From: Neophaeotheca triangularis
Lineage: Eukaryota
Assembly: GCA_054600435.1 (NCBI GenBank)
Contig: BAAIJX010000001.1
Coordinates: 744,001 to 808,000 of the forward strand
Direction: 5' to 3'
DNA length: 64,000 nucleotides
Shown here: one piece after another, positions 1 through 13,350 of the stretch
Layout: every line of letters starts with the position of its first letter
Position numbering within the stretch: the stretch's first letter is position 1
The notes under the pieces: model-generated
What the model was told of the DNA's origin: nothing
Database searches by the model: none
What the model saw: the letters and a program-made list of their open reading frames with translations, nothing else
Translations under genes and position numbers: made by a program

Positions 1-203
1 AAGTGGTCCGTGCAGCCGTAAATCGCGGGGCCTGGATGCATACACGGGTACACGGGTAATCATTTGGAGTACTCGGACTTTGACATCCTTCCCCGGGACA
101 GTGAGGTGAGGTGAGATCAGTCCCGTCACGTTACCCTCGAGTCCGACACGCATCGGTACAGACAGTGCAACTACAGTTGGAGGACCACACTTCTCCGTCC
201 ACG

Positions 204-1240
204 ATGGACTCAATCCTTGTACTCCGCATTGGCTATCTCAGCGCAGCACTCCTCGTAAGAAACGACGCCAGCATTTTGCGTATACCCTACCACAACACGG
301 GCTGATTGAAGGTTTAAACCTACGGTAGGTATTGCTGGTTGCTCTGGTACCGTCCCTCAACAGGCGGTTTCTAGCATACGGTGCGCGTTCCAGTGATGGT
401 ACCAAGTCAAAGACGGAGGACAGCAGCAGCAGCAGCAGCAGCCAGACAGACGAGCCCCCCTGGCTGGCGAAACCACTCGATCTTCTAACGAGCATCACGG
501 TGCCGCACAGCTGGTTTACTTCTTTCTACATCACCTTGGTAATATGCTGCTTCTTCTGGGGCCAGCAAGTTCTCACCCATGGTCATTTTTTCCTCGCCGT
601 GGCAGACAACACTTCGCACGGTCAAGCTTCCATGACCCCCAGCCAGATCAAAGTCGTCTTTGCTGGTCTCACCATCCAAGGCGTCCGCCGGGTGAATGAG
701 AGCTTCGCTATAGCCAAGCCTTCAGCCTCCCGCATGTGGATAGGGCATTGGGTGTTGGGAATTGGTTTCTACCTCGCCACCAGCATGGCCGTATGGATTG
801 AAGGGGTCCCGGTACTACGAACACATAACTACGGTGTCAATGACCTGACCTTCGCCGGTCCCAGTTTCCGCAGCTTCGTGTCTATGCTGCTTTTCCTCGT
901 GGCTTCCGGGATACAGCACGACTGCCACAACTACCTGACTTCCATCAAGCCTGCATCGACAAGCTCCAACCGCCCCGCCAACGAGTATCGTGTGCCCACA
1001 CATCCGGCATTTGCGAGGCTGATCGTGCCACACTATTTCGCTGAGTGTGTTATATATCTGTCTCTTACTATTGCCGCAGCGCCCAAGGGGTATTGGGTGA
1101 ACTGGACGATGGCTTGCGCGCTAGTCTTTGTTGTGGTCAATTTGGGCGTTACGGCTGAAGGGACGAAACGCTGGTACGAGAGCCGATTCGGGCGACATGC
1201 GGTGCAGGGGAAATGGAGGATGTTGCCATTCATCTTCTAG
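204..1240 (+). CDS. DFG10: Polyprenal/polyprenol reductase (steroid 5-alpha-reductase family), 2 exons
   Basis: ATG 204 (MDSILVLRIGYLSAALL); intron 255-328 (GTAAGA..TAG) joins in frame to ORF 332-1240. Motifs VPHSWF, QHDCHNYL, PHYFAECVIY and NLGVTA..TKRWY..RF. An AGC repeat encodes poly-Ser. Confidence 0.9.
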
Positions 1241-3321
1241 GTTGCCTGTCGATGTAAGCAAGGGCACACAAGTTTGATCTATCGCCACAGCCGTGGGTGC
1301 TCGTGCTGTATGGAGTATTCGAACAGTGTGACGGCGCGGCGGTGGCTCTCGACCGCAGCAACTCGAACACGACAACATTCGAACATGGCGTGTGGCTGCA
1401 AGAAAGTCTCATGGCACGGGTATCTCGCTGCAATCGAGCAAAGACGTGGAAGCAGTCTGAACGAGTTCGCTGGCCGAGTTCAGGAGGCATGCCGAGGCCA
1501 TGGCATTATTGTAGATAGACAAGTAGAAAGGGTTGAGCAGACTCCTTGGCTAGCGCATTTGGTATGCCACGAGTCACGACCTTGCACAGCCTACCCTGCC
1601 AATACGTCCATCATTACGCCAAGCAGTTCGCTATTGCTAAAAGCTGATGATGATTATGAAGCCTGGTGAAGGTCTGTCTTTCTTTAGGCGAGTCAAACAA
1701 CAGCATCAGGAGAGGCAGCACGAGCAGAACGAAGCCCGCGTTGACGATTACTAGGTACTACTGACTGGACCAACCCCGTAGCGACGGGTAGCGCCTTTGA
1801 CAGAAGAGTCATTTGCCACCAACCCAGATGCAGATCATACGTACGCGTCCAGACCGCCCATCCAACAAGACACTACTACCTACTAACCCATAGCCTCGAC
1901 GCCTCAACGGACGACACTTGCCAATCAAGACGGAGGCAATCAAGTGCAATCTCGTCGAATTGATAGAGACAAGGTGGTAGGTACCTAGCATCTACCCCTG
2001 CACATCAACAAGCCTCCCCCTTTTTCCCCAGGATTCGCGGCGTCGGCGAGTGGTTTAAAAATCGTACCTAAGGTAGGTAAGGTAGGTACCTTACCTAGTA
2101 CCTTAACTTAGCCGAAGCCCGGGCGGCTAAGGTACTTAAGGTGGGTGGCTTTTGGCTTTAGCGGCAAGGCCGCTCTGTTCCTGCGCTAGCGTCGATTCTG
2201 CATGAGAGATGTTTCCAAGATTCCAAGGTTAACTGTTGTTTCAAACCTCTGCGCCTAATATGTAACGTTAGGTGGATTCCGCCGAGGGCCAAACTTCGCC
2301 GGTCTCAGTCTAACCTCCCCCTCCTTTAACACGCTATCAGTAGTATCACCCATCAGTAGTGGGCGGGTGGTAGGGCTGTGAGGTGGGAACTGAAGTGGGA
2401 ACTTGAGACTTGGGTGGTGACGTTTGCCGCGTCCGATTAGTTTGCATTATTATAATTATATATTCATAGCGTGTAAAGAGTTCGCAGGTGGGACTCATGG
2501 GGCTGTTGTAACACTCTACTGTTTCCATTATTGGTAACAGCATGTACATCACATTACTTACATGTACAGCTGCTTTCATTATTGATTACTGTTTGCAATT
2601 CCTTCAACGTAATAGGCGGGACCAATCAGCTTCATGATCGACAGGGACGACCGCATAGAGTAGTATCTAGTAAGAGGAGACTAGTAGTTGTAGATAGATA
2701 CTACTAGATAGGTACATGGCTTGCAGGCCTCGTCGTTAGGAGGAAATGAGGCCCCAAGACTAATGTACCTAAGGCGCTCGCAGCCGCAACCGTTGCACAC
2801 GCGCAAGCCGCAATCTAATTCTCCGCTCAGGCCAGTAGTTGCACCCCTTCCACAAAGGTTCACTTTGGGCAGATGGCGGCCGTGCCATCGTGTGCTCGCC
2901 AACTCCTAGTCTCTACTACGCTACTACTACTACTAACTCCTAACTACTGGGCCTCCTCGACGCGTCCTCGTTGGCCGGACACTATGAGACTAGGAGACTA
3001 GCAATGAAACTAATTTCACCGACTCCTATACTACTAGTCTACTACCATCACGGGCCCGCTCGTGGACCAACAGGGGTCATGGCGATTGAGCTTCATAAGC
3101 GCCGTCTTGCCTCGCAAAACTACGCTTCTCTTCTTCCTACCACCACAACGCATCATCAGCACGTACTCCACGACTTATAATTCTTCTAATAATTGACTTC
3201 GGTCTCCCCCTCTTTCTCACCACAGTCACTCACTAACCAAAACAACAACCACTACCAAACAACCCATCCTTTTATTTTTCTAAACTCACTTCTTTTTCTC
3301 AAAACCCACAAATCCATCACA

Positions 3322-4472
3322 ATGCGTTACGCTTTCGTCGCCGCTTCCATCATTGGCGCCGCCATGGCCGCCCCGGCCCTTCAGGCCTACGAGCCCGCTC
3401 CTCCGGCTTACGAGGCTGCTCCCCCGGCTTACCCCGAGCAGGCGCAGCCCAACACCGAGACCAAGTACGAGACTGCCATCCACACCATCACCTCGTGCGC
3501 CGCCGATGTTGAGGACTGTAAGTTGGAATCCGGTCAAAGTGAAGTTGAACAGAGCGGTAAAACTTACCATTCCGACCCCCAGGCCCCGGCGAGAAGCCCA
3601 CCGCTGTCCCCCACGTCTCCGAGAGCGTGCCCGCTGAGTACCCGGCTGAGGAGACCATGCCCGCCGAGTACCCCGGCAAGGGCGACGACAAGCCTGAGGT
3701 CCCTGCTGAGACTGTCCCGGCCGTCCCGACTGAGACCAAGCCCGCTGAGTACCCTGCTGAGTACCCCGGCGAGGACAAGCCCGAGTACCCCGCTGAGGGC
3801 GAGAAGGGTGACGACAAGCCCGAGTACCCCGCCGAGGGCGAGAAGGGTGACGACAAGCCCGAGTACCCCGTCGAGGGCGAGAAGGGTGACGACAAGCCCG
3901 AGTACCCCGTCGAGGGCGAGAAGGGTGACGACAAGCCCGAGTACCCCGCCGAGGGCGACAAGGGTGACGACCAGCCCGAGGGCCCAGCTGAGGGCGACCA
4001 CAGTGACGCTGACAAGCCCGCTGAGTACCCGACTGAGGACGACAAGCCCGCCGAGTACCCCGTCGAGGGCGAGGTCCCCGCCGAGACCATGACCGTCCCC
4101 GCCGAATACCCGGCCGAGACCAAGCCCGCCGAGTACCCCACCGAGGAGGGCAAGACCGAGGTCGATGCCATCCCCCCCCCAGCTGAGGAGACCAAGCCCG
4201 CCGAATACCCCGTCGAGGGCGACAAGCCCGCCGAGTACCCCGCCGAGTACCCCGCCGAGTACCCCGCCGAGTCCGAGGTCCCCGTCGCTCCCTACCCGTC
4301 CGGCGAGACCGACGCTCCCGCCTACCCCACCGGCACCTCGGCACCCTACCCCACTGGCACCGGCGCCATGCCCACCGGCAGCGACATGCCCGTCTTCGAC
4401 GGCTCCGCTTCCGGCCTCAAGATCACCGGCTCCCTCCTCTCCTTCGGCGCCATCGCCGCCTTCTTCTTGTAA
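3322..4472 (+). CDS. GPI-anchored Pro/Glu/Tyr-rich repetitive cell-wall protein, 2 exons
   Basis: Signal peptide MRYAFVAASIIGAAMAA. Intron 3518-3582 gives TITSCAADVEDCPGEK. Many PAEYP repeats, hydrophobic C-terminus (FDGSASGLKITGSLLSFGAIAAFFL) typical of a GPI signal, and strong C/G third-position bias. Confidence 0.88.
3774..3998 (+). repeat. Coding minisatellite, 39-nt unit (DKPEYPAEGEKGD) x ~5.7
   Basis: Units start at 3774, 3813, 3852, 3891, 3930 and 3969. A further 12-nt (PAEY) tandem lies near 4228-4270. Confidence 0.95.
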
Positions 4473-5300
4473 ACGTAGAACGAGAAGCACGAGAGGGACG
4501 GAACAGGTGAAAGAGAAGAGGAAAGAAAAGGGAACGTGAGCAGGGAGATCTCTTGAATTCCGGCTTCCGACGAGCAACGTAAGAGTCGCGCCACCGCCGT
4601 CTTCCTTTGTATCTAATGATCCCTTACCGCTCGTCCAAGTCGGCGGCTCCGTTTGGGATGATGGCCAGGGGCTGTGTGTAGTGGGAACTGTATACACCTG
4701 AAACCCGATTTTTTCGTCGTGGACTTACTTTGCTTCCTTTTTCTCTCCTCTGAGCTAATCTCGTCTTCAACGATTCGCATAACCTGCGTCTTGTAAATGC
4801 ATGAGTCTGATGCATATCTTTAGTCGCAGGCTCTACTGCATGACGGGGAAATCCATCATTTTGGGGAGAATTTCCGTCCAGAGTTTCGCGAGCATCGTGG
4901 GACGCGAGATGCAGATCGCTAGCACAGTCATGGGCTAGTCGATCGTCTCCGGCCTCATCTGAAATCACCTACCTACCCTCACTCGCTGGTAAGACATTCG
5001 AGCAACGATTTCAAGAGGCTTCGTCTTTCGTCGTGGCCGTGGTGTGAAACAGCTTTGGAAATTCTCACCAAGCTGTGTCATGGGTGGGAGAAATGTCCCA
5101 AGGTTCTTGCGTGTAGGGCATTCGCCGCCTCGTCGCCCCTTCTTTCGGGTCGGCTATGACAGAATTCCTTTTTGAGTACTAGCTGGCCATGTCTGTATGG
5201 TCGTGGAGCGGAGACTTTTCCTTCTCCTGGCCCGTCGCGACAGGTGCTCGGAACTCGATAAATCTGGTTTTATAGACCCGTCTCTCCCGATCCGCAGCAT

Positions 5301-6672
5301 TCACGCCTCTCCAGGCTTTTGCGCCCACATCACGTGCCTGGGAAAGGAGATTGTCAGCAAGCCCCTCATTCGCATCGGGACTCGAGCAACGACACCGACT
5401 CATCGTAATCAACCAAAAGAAAGAAGAAGAAGAAGCAAACTCACAGCGGCAACCAAAAATGGATGTTGCGATTCCCCAACTCCCTCCTCACCCCGGCGAA
5501 AAAGACCTCGACCTCCTCGGCCCGCCACCCCAACACCCTAGTAAAAAACCCCATTCCAATCGCAGGCAGCCCCTCCCTCAGCGTCTCCATTTCAAAAACG
5601 CCCGCCTCCTTCATGCGCTTACTCTTAGGCCAGCCGCCGATAGGAACCTTGTAAACCCGCTTCTCCACATTGACGAACCCGGCGTCACTTAGCCAAGCCT
5701 CCCATTTCAACGGCGAGTGCAAATCGCGATTTACCTTGGTGCAGCCCTCGGTCAGCAGCTCGAAGAACTTCATAACCTGGCTGTTGGCGGGTATGCTGTT
5801 GTCGTCGCTTTGTGGCGGGTTCATCAGGTCGACGAGCTCGATGCAGCCGCTGGGTTTCAAGGCCCGGTGGGCTTTGGCGAATTGGCCGCGCCAGTCGCTC
5901 ACGGCTGTTGTGTTGAAGCGGTTGTGGATTAAGTCGAAGACGTTGTCGCCGTAGACCCAGTCGTCGTCCCAGTCGTCGATTTCGAAGGTGACGTTCGGGG
6001 CGACCCATTTGGGTTGGATGGGTGAGAGGTCGGTGCCGGTGATTTGCGTTTCGGGGTATTCCTCGCTCATTTCCATGCACCAGATGCCTGTACCGGTCTG
6101 GGGAAAGGGTGTTAGTTTGTGGTAGATGATTTCGTTGCGGGAAGCTTTGTACTGACGCCGATGTCAAGGATTCTGGTTGGGTTGGTAAGGGGGGCGAGGT
6201 GCAGTTTTCCCGATAGTACTAGCTTGCACCAGTGGTGTTTCATGTCTTCACGGTCCATTTCTGGGAAGGGGTGAGTTTGTGCCTCTTTTCTACGTTTGAG
6301 ATGTTTGCGGTGGCGTGAGTTTACCTTGCTCGTCATTTGGGGTGAAGTATTTGCCTTCCTTATATCTGTGGTATCTACGGCCGTTCTCGAAGACCTGCGC
6401 AGTTCAAAGCGTGAGTGGGCTGTACGGAATTGATGGGTATCATCCTTCGTAGTCAGGCGTACATAGTCTGTAACACTAGAGTTCAGGCTCGTAAAATTGC
6501 TGCCGTTGTCTGACGAGGTACCATATGCGCTGTCTTGTTCGAGAAAGTCATTATCGATCTCCAGAGCCGCGCCACCGGCGGTATCTGCAGTGTTGTCGTC
6601 TTGGAAAGCATTGCGGTCACGGTTCTCTGACTCGGTGGGGCCCGTCTGTGTTGTGCGATTCGCATCGGCCAT
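5301..6672 (-). CDS. Class I SAM-dependent methyltransferase (LaeA/TdiE-like family), multi-exon
   Basis: ATG 6672 (MADANRTTQ). Motifs ILDIG|TGTGIW, GTDLSPIQP..V.PNV.FEIDD, FDLIHNR and KVPIGGWPK. Last exon HVMWAQKPGEA* ends at 5301. Confidence 0.88.
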
Positions 6673-7524
6673 GCTGAAGGCGCGGCCAGGGTGATTGCCA
6701 GTGTGCTTGGGTATGAGGAAGTGGAAGAGAGACAGGGAGGAGGAGCAAGAAAGGGAAGAAGGGAAGAAGAAGAAAGACGTCGGGGTGTTGGATCTGGCAA
6801 CAATGGATGGGATGTGGAGCACTTTCTCTTCTCCCCATCATCCTACGTATGGAAGCTTGGAAGTACTGTAGGTACTAAGCTGTGGCTCCTGCCTGCCTAC
6901 GGTATGCGGCCCGCTAGCCGTTTTCAAGAAAGATATCACTGGCTACCTATACTTACGCATCACATGACTTGATGGAAGAGATCTATGTAAGGTACTAGTA
7001 CCTTGTGGCCATGAGTCTTGTGACAGGTAGTGAATTATCCCAAATTGCTTGCAGTAGGTAAGAGGTGGTTTTTAGGTCGTGAACTTCCATACCTTACCTT
7101 ATTGAGTCGTTGACGGCACGTGGAAGGGCACGCGGACGAGCCACGAGCGGGCCATGAACGGTCAAGGCGGGGGTTCAGTCGCGTCGGCGTGGCTTGCGTG
7201 GGGTGTCGGCTTCGGGTCAATTTCCGGCGAGTGAGGGTCAGAGTTTGTGTTGCTGTGTTGCTGTCCTGACCAGGGCATGGTCCTGCCTCCTACCTCCTAC
7301 ATCTCCTAGAGGAACAAGGTTGGCGAGAATTGCTACCGTCTGTGTTGCTGTTGTAGGTAGTCGAAGCTACTCCAGGGCTAATCGAGTGCCAGTATGATCT
7401 GAAATTGAACTCAGCGGGCACACTGCCTTATCGCCGCTTTCCTTCGTTTTCAGCTCGACCGCCGCAGCTCAAGCTGTTTCTTCCGACTTTCGTAGTCTAT
7501 TGATGAAAGGCTCGAGATCACAAC

Positions 7525-8436
7525 ATGGCACAAGACAAGCCCTTCAGATGGCGCACCATCATCGAGGTTGCCGTAGTCTCTCTTATTCTCTGGGTATTTC
7601 TGGGTTCTCCTGGCCTCAAACACAACACAGACAGCCCATCTGGAAACCTCACGCAAGAGGATCGAGAATACCTACAAAGGAAGCTGGAGCAGCTAGTCCT
7701 TCCCGAAAAGACCCTCAAGTGTCCCAGTCACGACTATAACATTCATGTACTATCGACCAAGCCCCTCATCATGCTCGTAGACGGCTTCCTCAGCGAAGGC
7801 GAGGCCGATCACCTCGTCGAGATAAGGTAAGCTCGGCCACTTAGACCTCGGTCGATACTCGCTCCGACTGACTCGTCCAACAGCGAAGGCAAATGGTCGA
7901 CAACAACGATCAGCCATGGAGGCAAGGCAGAGACTGACGAAAGGGTCCGCAAGTCGGAACACGCCAAAATCGAGCGCGACACCACCGTCCAATGCATCGA
8001 ACAGCGCGCCCTAGCGCTCCAGGGCTGGCCCAAGGACACCTATCTGGAGCGCCTGCACACACAACGCTACAATGTCACCGGCCACTACGCCCATCACTTC
8101 GACTGGGCGACTGCTTCGAAGACTGCCAGACGAGAAAGCACTTTCATGGTCTATGTAGAGGATCAGTGCGAAGGTGGCGGTACCAACTTCCCTAAACTCG
8201 AGTGCCCTAGCGACGAGAGATGGAGGGAGTTTCTAGATTGTGAGAGCGGCGAGAACGGGGTTGATGGGGTGACTTTCAAGGCGAAAAAGGGTGCGGCCGT
8301 GTTCTGGACCAACTTTGATTCCGAGGGTAGGGGTTACAAGGAGACGATTCATGCCGGCATGCCTGTCACGTCTGGCACAAAAGTTGGACTGAACATTTGG
8401 AGCTGGTATCAGAAGAGCTTCGACTTGGCTGATTGA
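7525..8436 (+). CDS. 2OG-Fe(II) prolyl 4-hydroxylase-like oxygenase with N-terminal membrane anchor, 2 exons
   Basis: Intron 7827-7883. Motifs DGFLSEGEADHL, QRYNVTGHYAHHFDW (HxD), GGGTNFP and TIHAGMPVTSGTKVGLNIW. Confidence 0.87.
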
Positions 8437-9189
8437 GTGGATGGACCGAAGTGAGAGCCGCATCTACGTCGGAATTCACTGCTGTTGCCTAGGTCGCGCA
8501 GGGCTGGGAACGGCACCGAGACGATCACGCAGCCCTGCAACAATGTCCAGTTGATGCTGTCTCTGTGATGGTGGGAAGCACTTTCAACACTCGCCCGGCC
8601 GAAGATGACCGCAAGTTCGCTTGACCTTCTCGAGCGCAGTGGTACCTAACAGTCGATATGGCAAGGTAACACGAGCAGAAGTAAAGAACCGGGACAGAGC
8701 GTACCATGCCGAGAGCGTCCAGCCGGTCGATAAACTGCTGCCTCACAAGCGTTTCCTGAGTCGACCGACGAACACAGTAGACTACGAGTGTCCTTAATCA
8801 ATATCAAAATCAAGTTTCAATTCAAGCAGCGAAGTAACACAACGCTCGATCTATGAGGCACACAATCAAGTACAATACCGAAGTACTCTAAGCCTTGTGC
8901 CTACACTGATTCGAATTGGTTGGTTCAAGAGGCGAGTGGTTCATGTCAGGTACCAGGGCATAGAACTTAAGATTAGAAGTGGTGGAGGTCGATCTTCAGT
9001 GATGTTCCACGGCACAAGCGACATCATCACTCCATCGACCCCACCTTGACCTTGAGATGTCTCGTCCCGCTTAACAACAGCAACGCAACATCACCTCAAG
9101 AAACCCACGACGACTGACACGCAATCAGCGCCCTGCGACACACATATCTACCCACAATCTAATCCCCAGATACCGGCGACAACGTAAAC

Positions 9190-10223
9190 ATGGTCGCGAC
9201 ACGGTACGCCCCCATCAATACCCACCAAAGCACGCAAACGCGCCAACTAATAAACGTCAAAACAGCAACCATCCCCGAGACTTCCCAGAACCGACAGCAA
9301 CCACATCGCCAACCAAACGCTCCACGCGCGCATCCTCAGCCAAAGCCGAAACATCACCTCCAGCCGCCAGCCCCCCGAAAGCAAGCCCACCAGACCCTCC
9401 AACCGGAACTCCCCGCTCACCACCACAACAACAAGCACGCATCCTAACCACACAACCCCCACCCCCGACAGGATGGGCCCACACGCCGAGCAACATGACC
9501 CTCCTCTGGCTCGCCATAAGCCTCCCCGCCGTAATCTGGGACACGGGCTACGTCCTACTCCGCCCCTACAGCATGCCCGGCGGACCCCTCCACAGGCCGC
9601 TCTGGCAACCATACGGGCTCTACGGCACCATCGACCACACATACGGGTTCAAAGCCTGGGAGGCCAACGACGGCTGGACGGCGGCGCAGGGCAGCATCAA
9701 CGCCGTCGAGACGGCCGCGTATCTGTTCTACTTGTACTTGGTGTATGCGTACGGGCGGCCGGAGGCGAGGCAAGGCACCGGAGCGCCCGACAGGGGGGAT
9801 ATGCTTGCGAGGCTGAGGGGGCTGAGTGAGTCTCGTACGCTGTATGGACGGGTTGCGGCGTTGGCTGTTGTTGTCGCTTATACTACTGCTGTGGTGACTT
9901 TTGCCAAGACGGTGCTTTATTGTGAGTTGGGCGTGAGCTTGTTGCGTGGTTGTGGGTGTGGTACTGACGGGTTTTTGTTTTACAGGGTTGATCGAGGCTT
10001 TTGGCGGCTTCGCTGGCGTAGGTCATAATAGTTGGGGGGTGCTGTTTTGGATGTGGATTGTGCCGAAGTAGGTTGCCGTCTCCTATGGATTCGAGAGTTT
10101 TGATGCTGACATTCTGACAGTGGCCTTTGGCTTGTCTTCCCCGCCTACATGTGCTACGTGTTTGGGCAAGAGCTGTTACAAGGTCTCGAAGCGTCGACTG
10201 CGAGCACGAAGAAACACGCGTAG
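9190..10223 (+). CDS. EXPERA/emopamil-binding-like membrane protein, multi-exon
   Basis: MVATR first exon and Pro-rich linker, then WLAISLPAVIWDTGYVLLRPYSMPGG, LWQPYGLYGTIDHTYG, KTVLY and WIVPNGLWLV-type segments after splicing. TAG at 10221-10223. Confidence 0.8.
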
Positions 10224-10453
10224 TTAGTTCCCGCCCTTGTATCTTTTGATGCGGATCCGCTCTCTTGTCGCCCTTCTCCACTCGACTTTCGCTTCGACGT
10301 ATCATGCCGGTATCTCAATTCATCCCTCGACGAGAAATGGACAGCATCATGCATTGAAGAGGATATCATCTTACAAAAACTCTCGAAAGTCTTATGCTAA
10401 GAACCTACAACACGCTCGGCTCCAGAAACATGTCTCATCCCTGGATCGCCCTC

Positions 10454-12512
10454 TCAAGCAGTTTCCTCAATATGCTCAACCACCGACTTCGGCCCAAGCT
10501 TATCACCCTTATCCGTCGAAGTCTCGGACGCTTCGATACGTCTCCTCTCAGCCTCAATAGCCTCGGCAGGCCGCTCATGCTGCTTCGCAACCTTGTCGCC
10601 AATAGGAATCAACGTCTTGTGTGGAGAGTCAATATCGAAATAATCGTCAAGATCCTCGAGAGTGCGATTCGCAGTCTGCACAAGCGTTAGCGATCAAGAC
10701 TCCTCCTTCCGATTAGGTAATTTGTGGGCTTACCTCTGGGTAGAAGAAGTAAACGACGGGCAGGAAAACCAAGTTCAGTACCGCGAAGATGATGTAGAAC
10801 CTGTAGCCCAGGTTTCGGATCCCGACGCTTGTGAATTGCGTGCATACGAAACCGAAGAGCCAGTTGGTGGAGGTTGCGGCGGCTGCACCGATCACGCGCA
10901 TCGAGAGACTGTTGATTTCGGCCTCTGGGATGAGTGTTAGCTGGTGCGTGGTGGGAGTAGGGTTTTAGAAGCTGAGCTTTCGAGATTGAAGAGCGAAGCG
11001 CGCATAGGCGAGGAGAACACTTACGGTAGATCCAGGGTACCACTGCGAGAAGATGTCAGCATTGATCCGATGTAGAAGAGGGTCGTTAGGTCATGTGGAT
11101 GTCATTCCGACGACCACACATTTACCACAGGATGAACCTACTGCCCCAGGTGCAACCAAACGCTGCGTAGTATCCGAACAAGAACGTAATGGCAACGGCT
11201 CCCCATTGCTGCGGCGCTGTCGCGAGCATCGCCACAGCAACTGCTACCATGATGTACGCAAAACACTGGAGCGAGGATCCCGTCATCATTAGAAACCTTC
11301 TTCCTTTGCGGTCGATGATGAAGAACGCCATGGCCGTGGAAATGCAGTAAGATGTTGCGTTTGCTCCTGTCAGAATACGAGCCACCAGCTCAGTCATGCC
11401 GAGACTTTCAGTGAGGATGATGGTGAAGTAGTAGTTGAGTGCGTTGATGCCACCCATTTGCTATTGGCAGAGTTAAGCCAATGCAAGCGCAGTTTTTGGG
11501 GGAAAGGAGCGTTGCTCACCTGCATGAATTGCCCACCGCAACCGAGAATCAGCCTCTTCAAGTGGCTGGACCTGTCCCTGAGCAAGATGACTTGCTTGAA
11601 AGAGATCTTCGATCGCCTCTCGATCTCTAGGGACCCTATTATCGACTTGTACTCGTGCTGCACAACCTCTCCATCCACGGTGAGACCTTTACCCAGGTAC
11701 CTTCGCAGGGACTCGAGCGCTTCTTCGTGGCGGTCTCTGAGGAGGAGCCAGCGAGGCGATTCGGGTACGAAGAAGAGGAAGAGGGACATGACGGCGGCGG
11801 GAAAGAGCTGTAGTCTGGTGTCAGTGAGGGGTGATCTTATCGGAACTCCCGCGAAAGACTGACTTGCAAGGCGAATGGAAGTCGCCACTGTGCCGAAGTA
11901 TTCAAAAAGAAGGTTCCTAGAGTGATCCAGGACCCAATCATGTAGAACACGACGTTGTGAAGAACAACAATGACGGAAAGTTTGCCGCGTCGAGATCCTC
12001 GCACCGATTCAGCCTGGAAGACGCCGCATGTCGCTGAGATAATGCTGCACGGTCATCGATCAGCCTCTGGCGGTTGTCTCGTTGATCGTTTGTCCCAACA
12101 TACCCATTGCCAAGGCCGCTGATGATCCGTCCCACCATCAACATTGCAAAGGACATGGCCGCAGCTTGGAGGATGCCGCCAAGAGCGCTGATGAATGCTC
12201 CCGTCCAGAGGGTCCAACGTCTGCCCAATCGATCGCCGGTGAGTGCTGCTGTGAGACAACCGAGCAGATTGCCCAACGCGAAAGCGCTCACGAAGAAACC
12301 CTCCATGCTCGCATTACCGAGCTCGGGGAAGGTCTCAATGAAGGTGCTGCTAACGAGGATACCGGCGATGATACCCTACTCTATCGTTAGGAACCATATA
12401 AATTGTCGGAAGCTATATCAGCACTCGCCTGTTCGTATCCGTACCATGCCTGAGCTGCTGCGTTGGCAGTGGTCAGGACCACCTCCAAGGTGTAGCCTTC
12501 GAACTGAAGCAT
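10454..12512 (-). CDS. MFS sugar porter (STL1-like clade), many introns
   Basis: ATG 12512 (MLQFEGYTLEVV..YGYEQ|GII). Motifs GDRLGRR, VGRIISGLGNG, PESPRWL, MQQMGGINALNYY, DRKGRR and PETANRTLEDLD. First intron is GC-AG (12376-12428); 18-nt micro-exon at 11025-11042. Confidence 0.9.
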
Positions 12513-13350
12513 GACTGGTAGTGTATGAGAATGTTCGATCGTTGGATAGGTCGCCCAACCTCGACGGCTAGGAGGAGGTAGGTGGACGAGGACAAGTTAT
12601 TGGTAGGTAGCAGACACTTTTGATTTTGTGGCACTGGGTCGTAACGGGGTGGAGACGTCTGTTATATGTATCCCCATAGTCTCCAGTGTAACCCCAGATC
12701 CCCAGCTACACACTGCGGGGGAATACGGGGCCATATTCACGTGGATACCTAGAGCATGTTGAGCTTCTCGTATGAGGCTTGATGGTAGGATTCGCCGTGA
12801 TCGATCCCATGGCACGGTAGGTCACCGATAGCATCGACCGGCATTCAGCTGTGGCTCGCCCCTTGCCGACCTCGCAACGAGTCATTGTAACTATTAACTT
12901 GGCGCTGGACGTCCAATGGAGAGCCAAGTAAGTCGAGAATGTGCGGCAGATAGTAGAAGTTAGGTCGCTGATCACCTGCTCTAGCGGATTACGGTAGTCC
13001 GTGAGTTGAAGTCGGGCACGTCGGGCCAAGTTCTCTCCGACAGTACAGTATCACGGTATCACCCCCACAGCCCCCACAGAGGACCCCAGGATTCCACGTG
13101 GATGGAACTCTTCGGACTTGTCGTTAAGGTACCTCCTAGATCAGATGCCTTCTTCCAGGCCGGCAGATCTCTTTCGTGTTCCGACGTCGCTCTTGTCAAG
13201 ACACTAACGTGCCAGGTTTGCCGAACAAGCCGTTGTGTTCTGTTGGGGAAGCATGCCATGTGGCGAGCACAGTCGCGTCCCTCAAGTTCACCCCGAGTTT
13301 ACTTGAGTTCGGTACTTGAGTAATCACTCACCACACTGTTCGCGTGAACC

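Noticed and set aside
1640..1770. ATGATGA...CTGA possible C/D snoRNA
   Set aside because: No terminal stem, host intron or recognisable rRNA complementarity.
3193..4697. Several long overlapping ORFs on both strands (299-377 aa)
   Set aside because: Shadows of the GC-biased repetitive GPI gene; only the spliced + frame has signal and GPI sequences.
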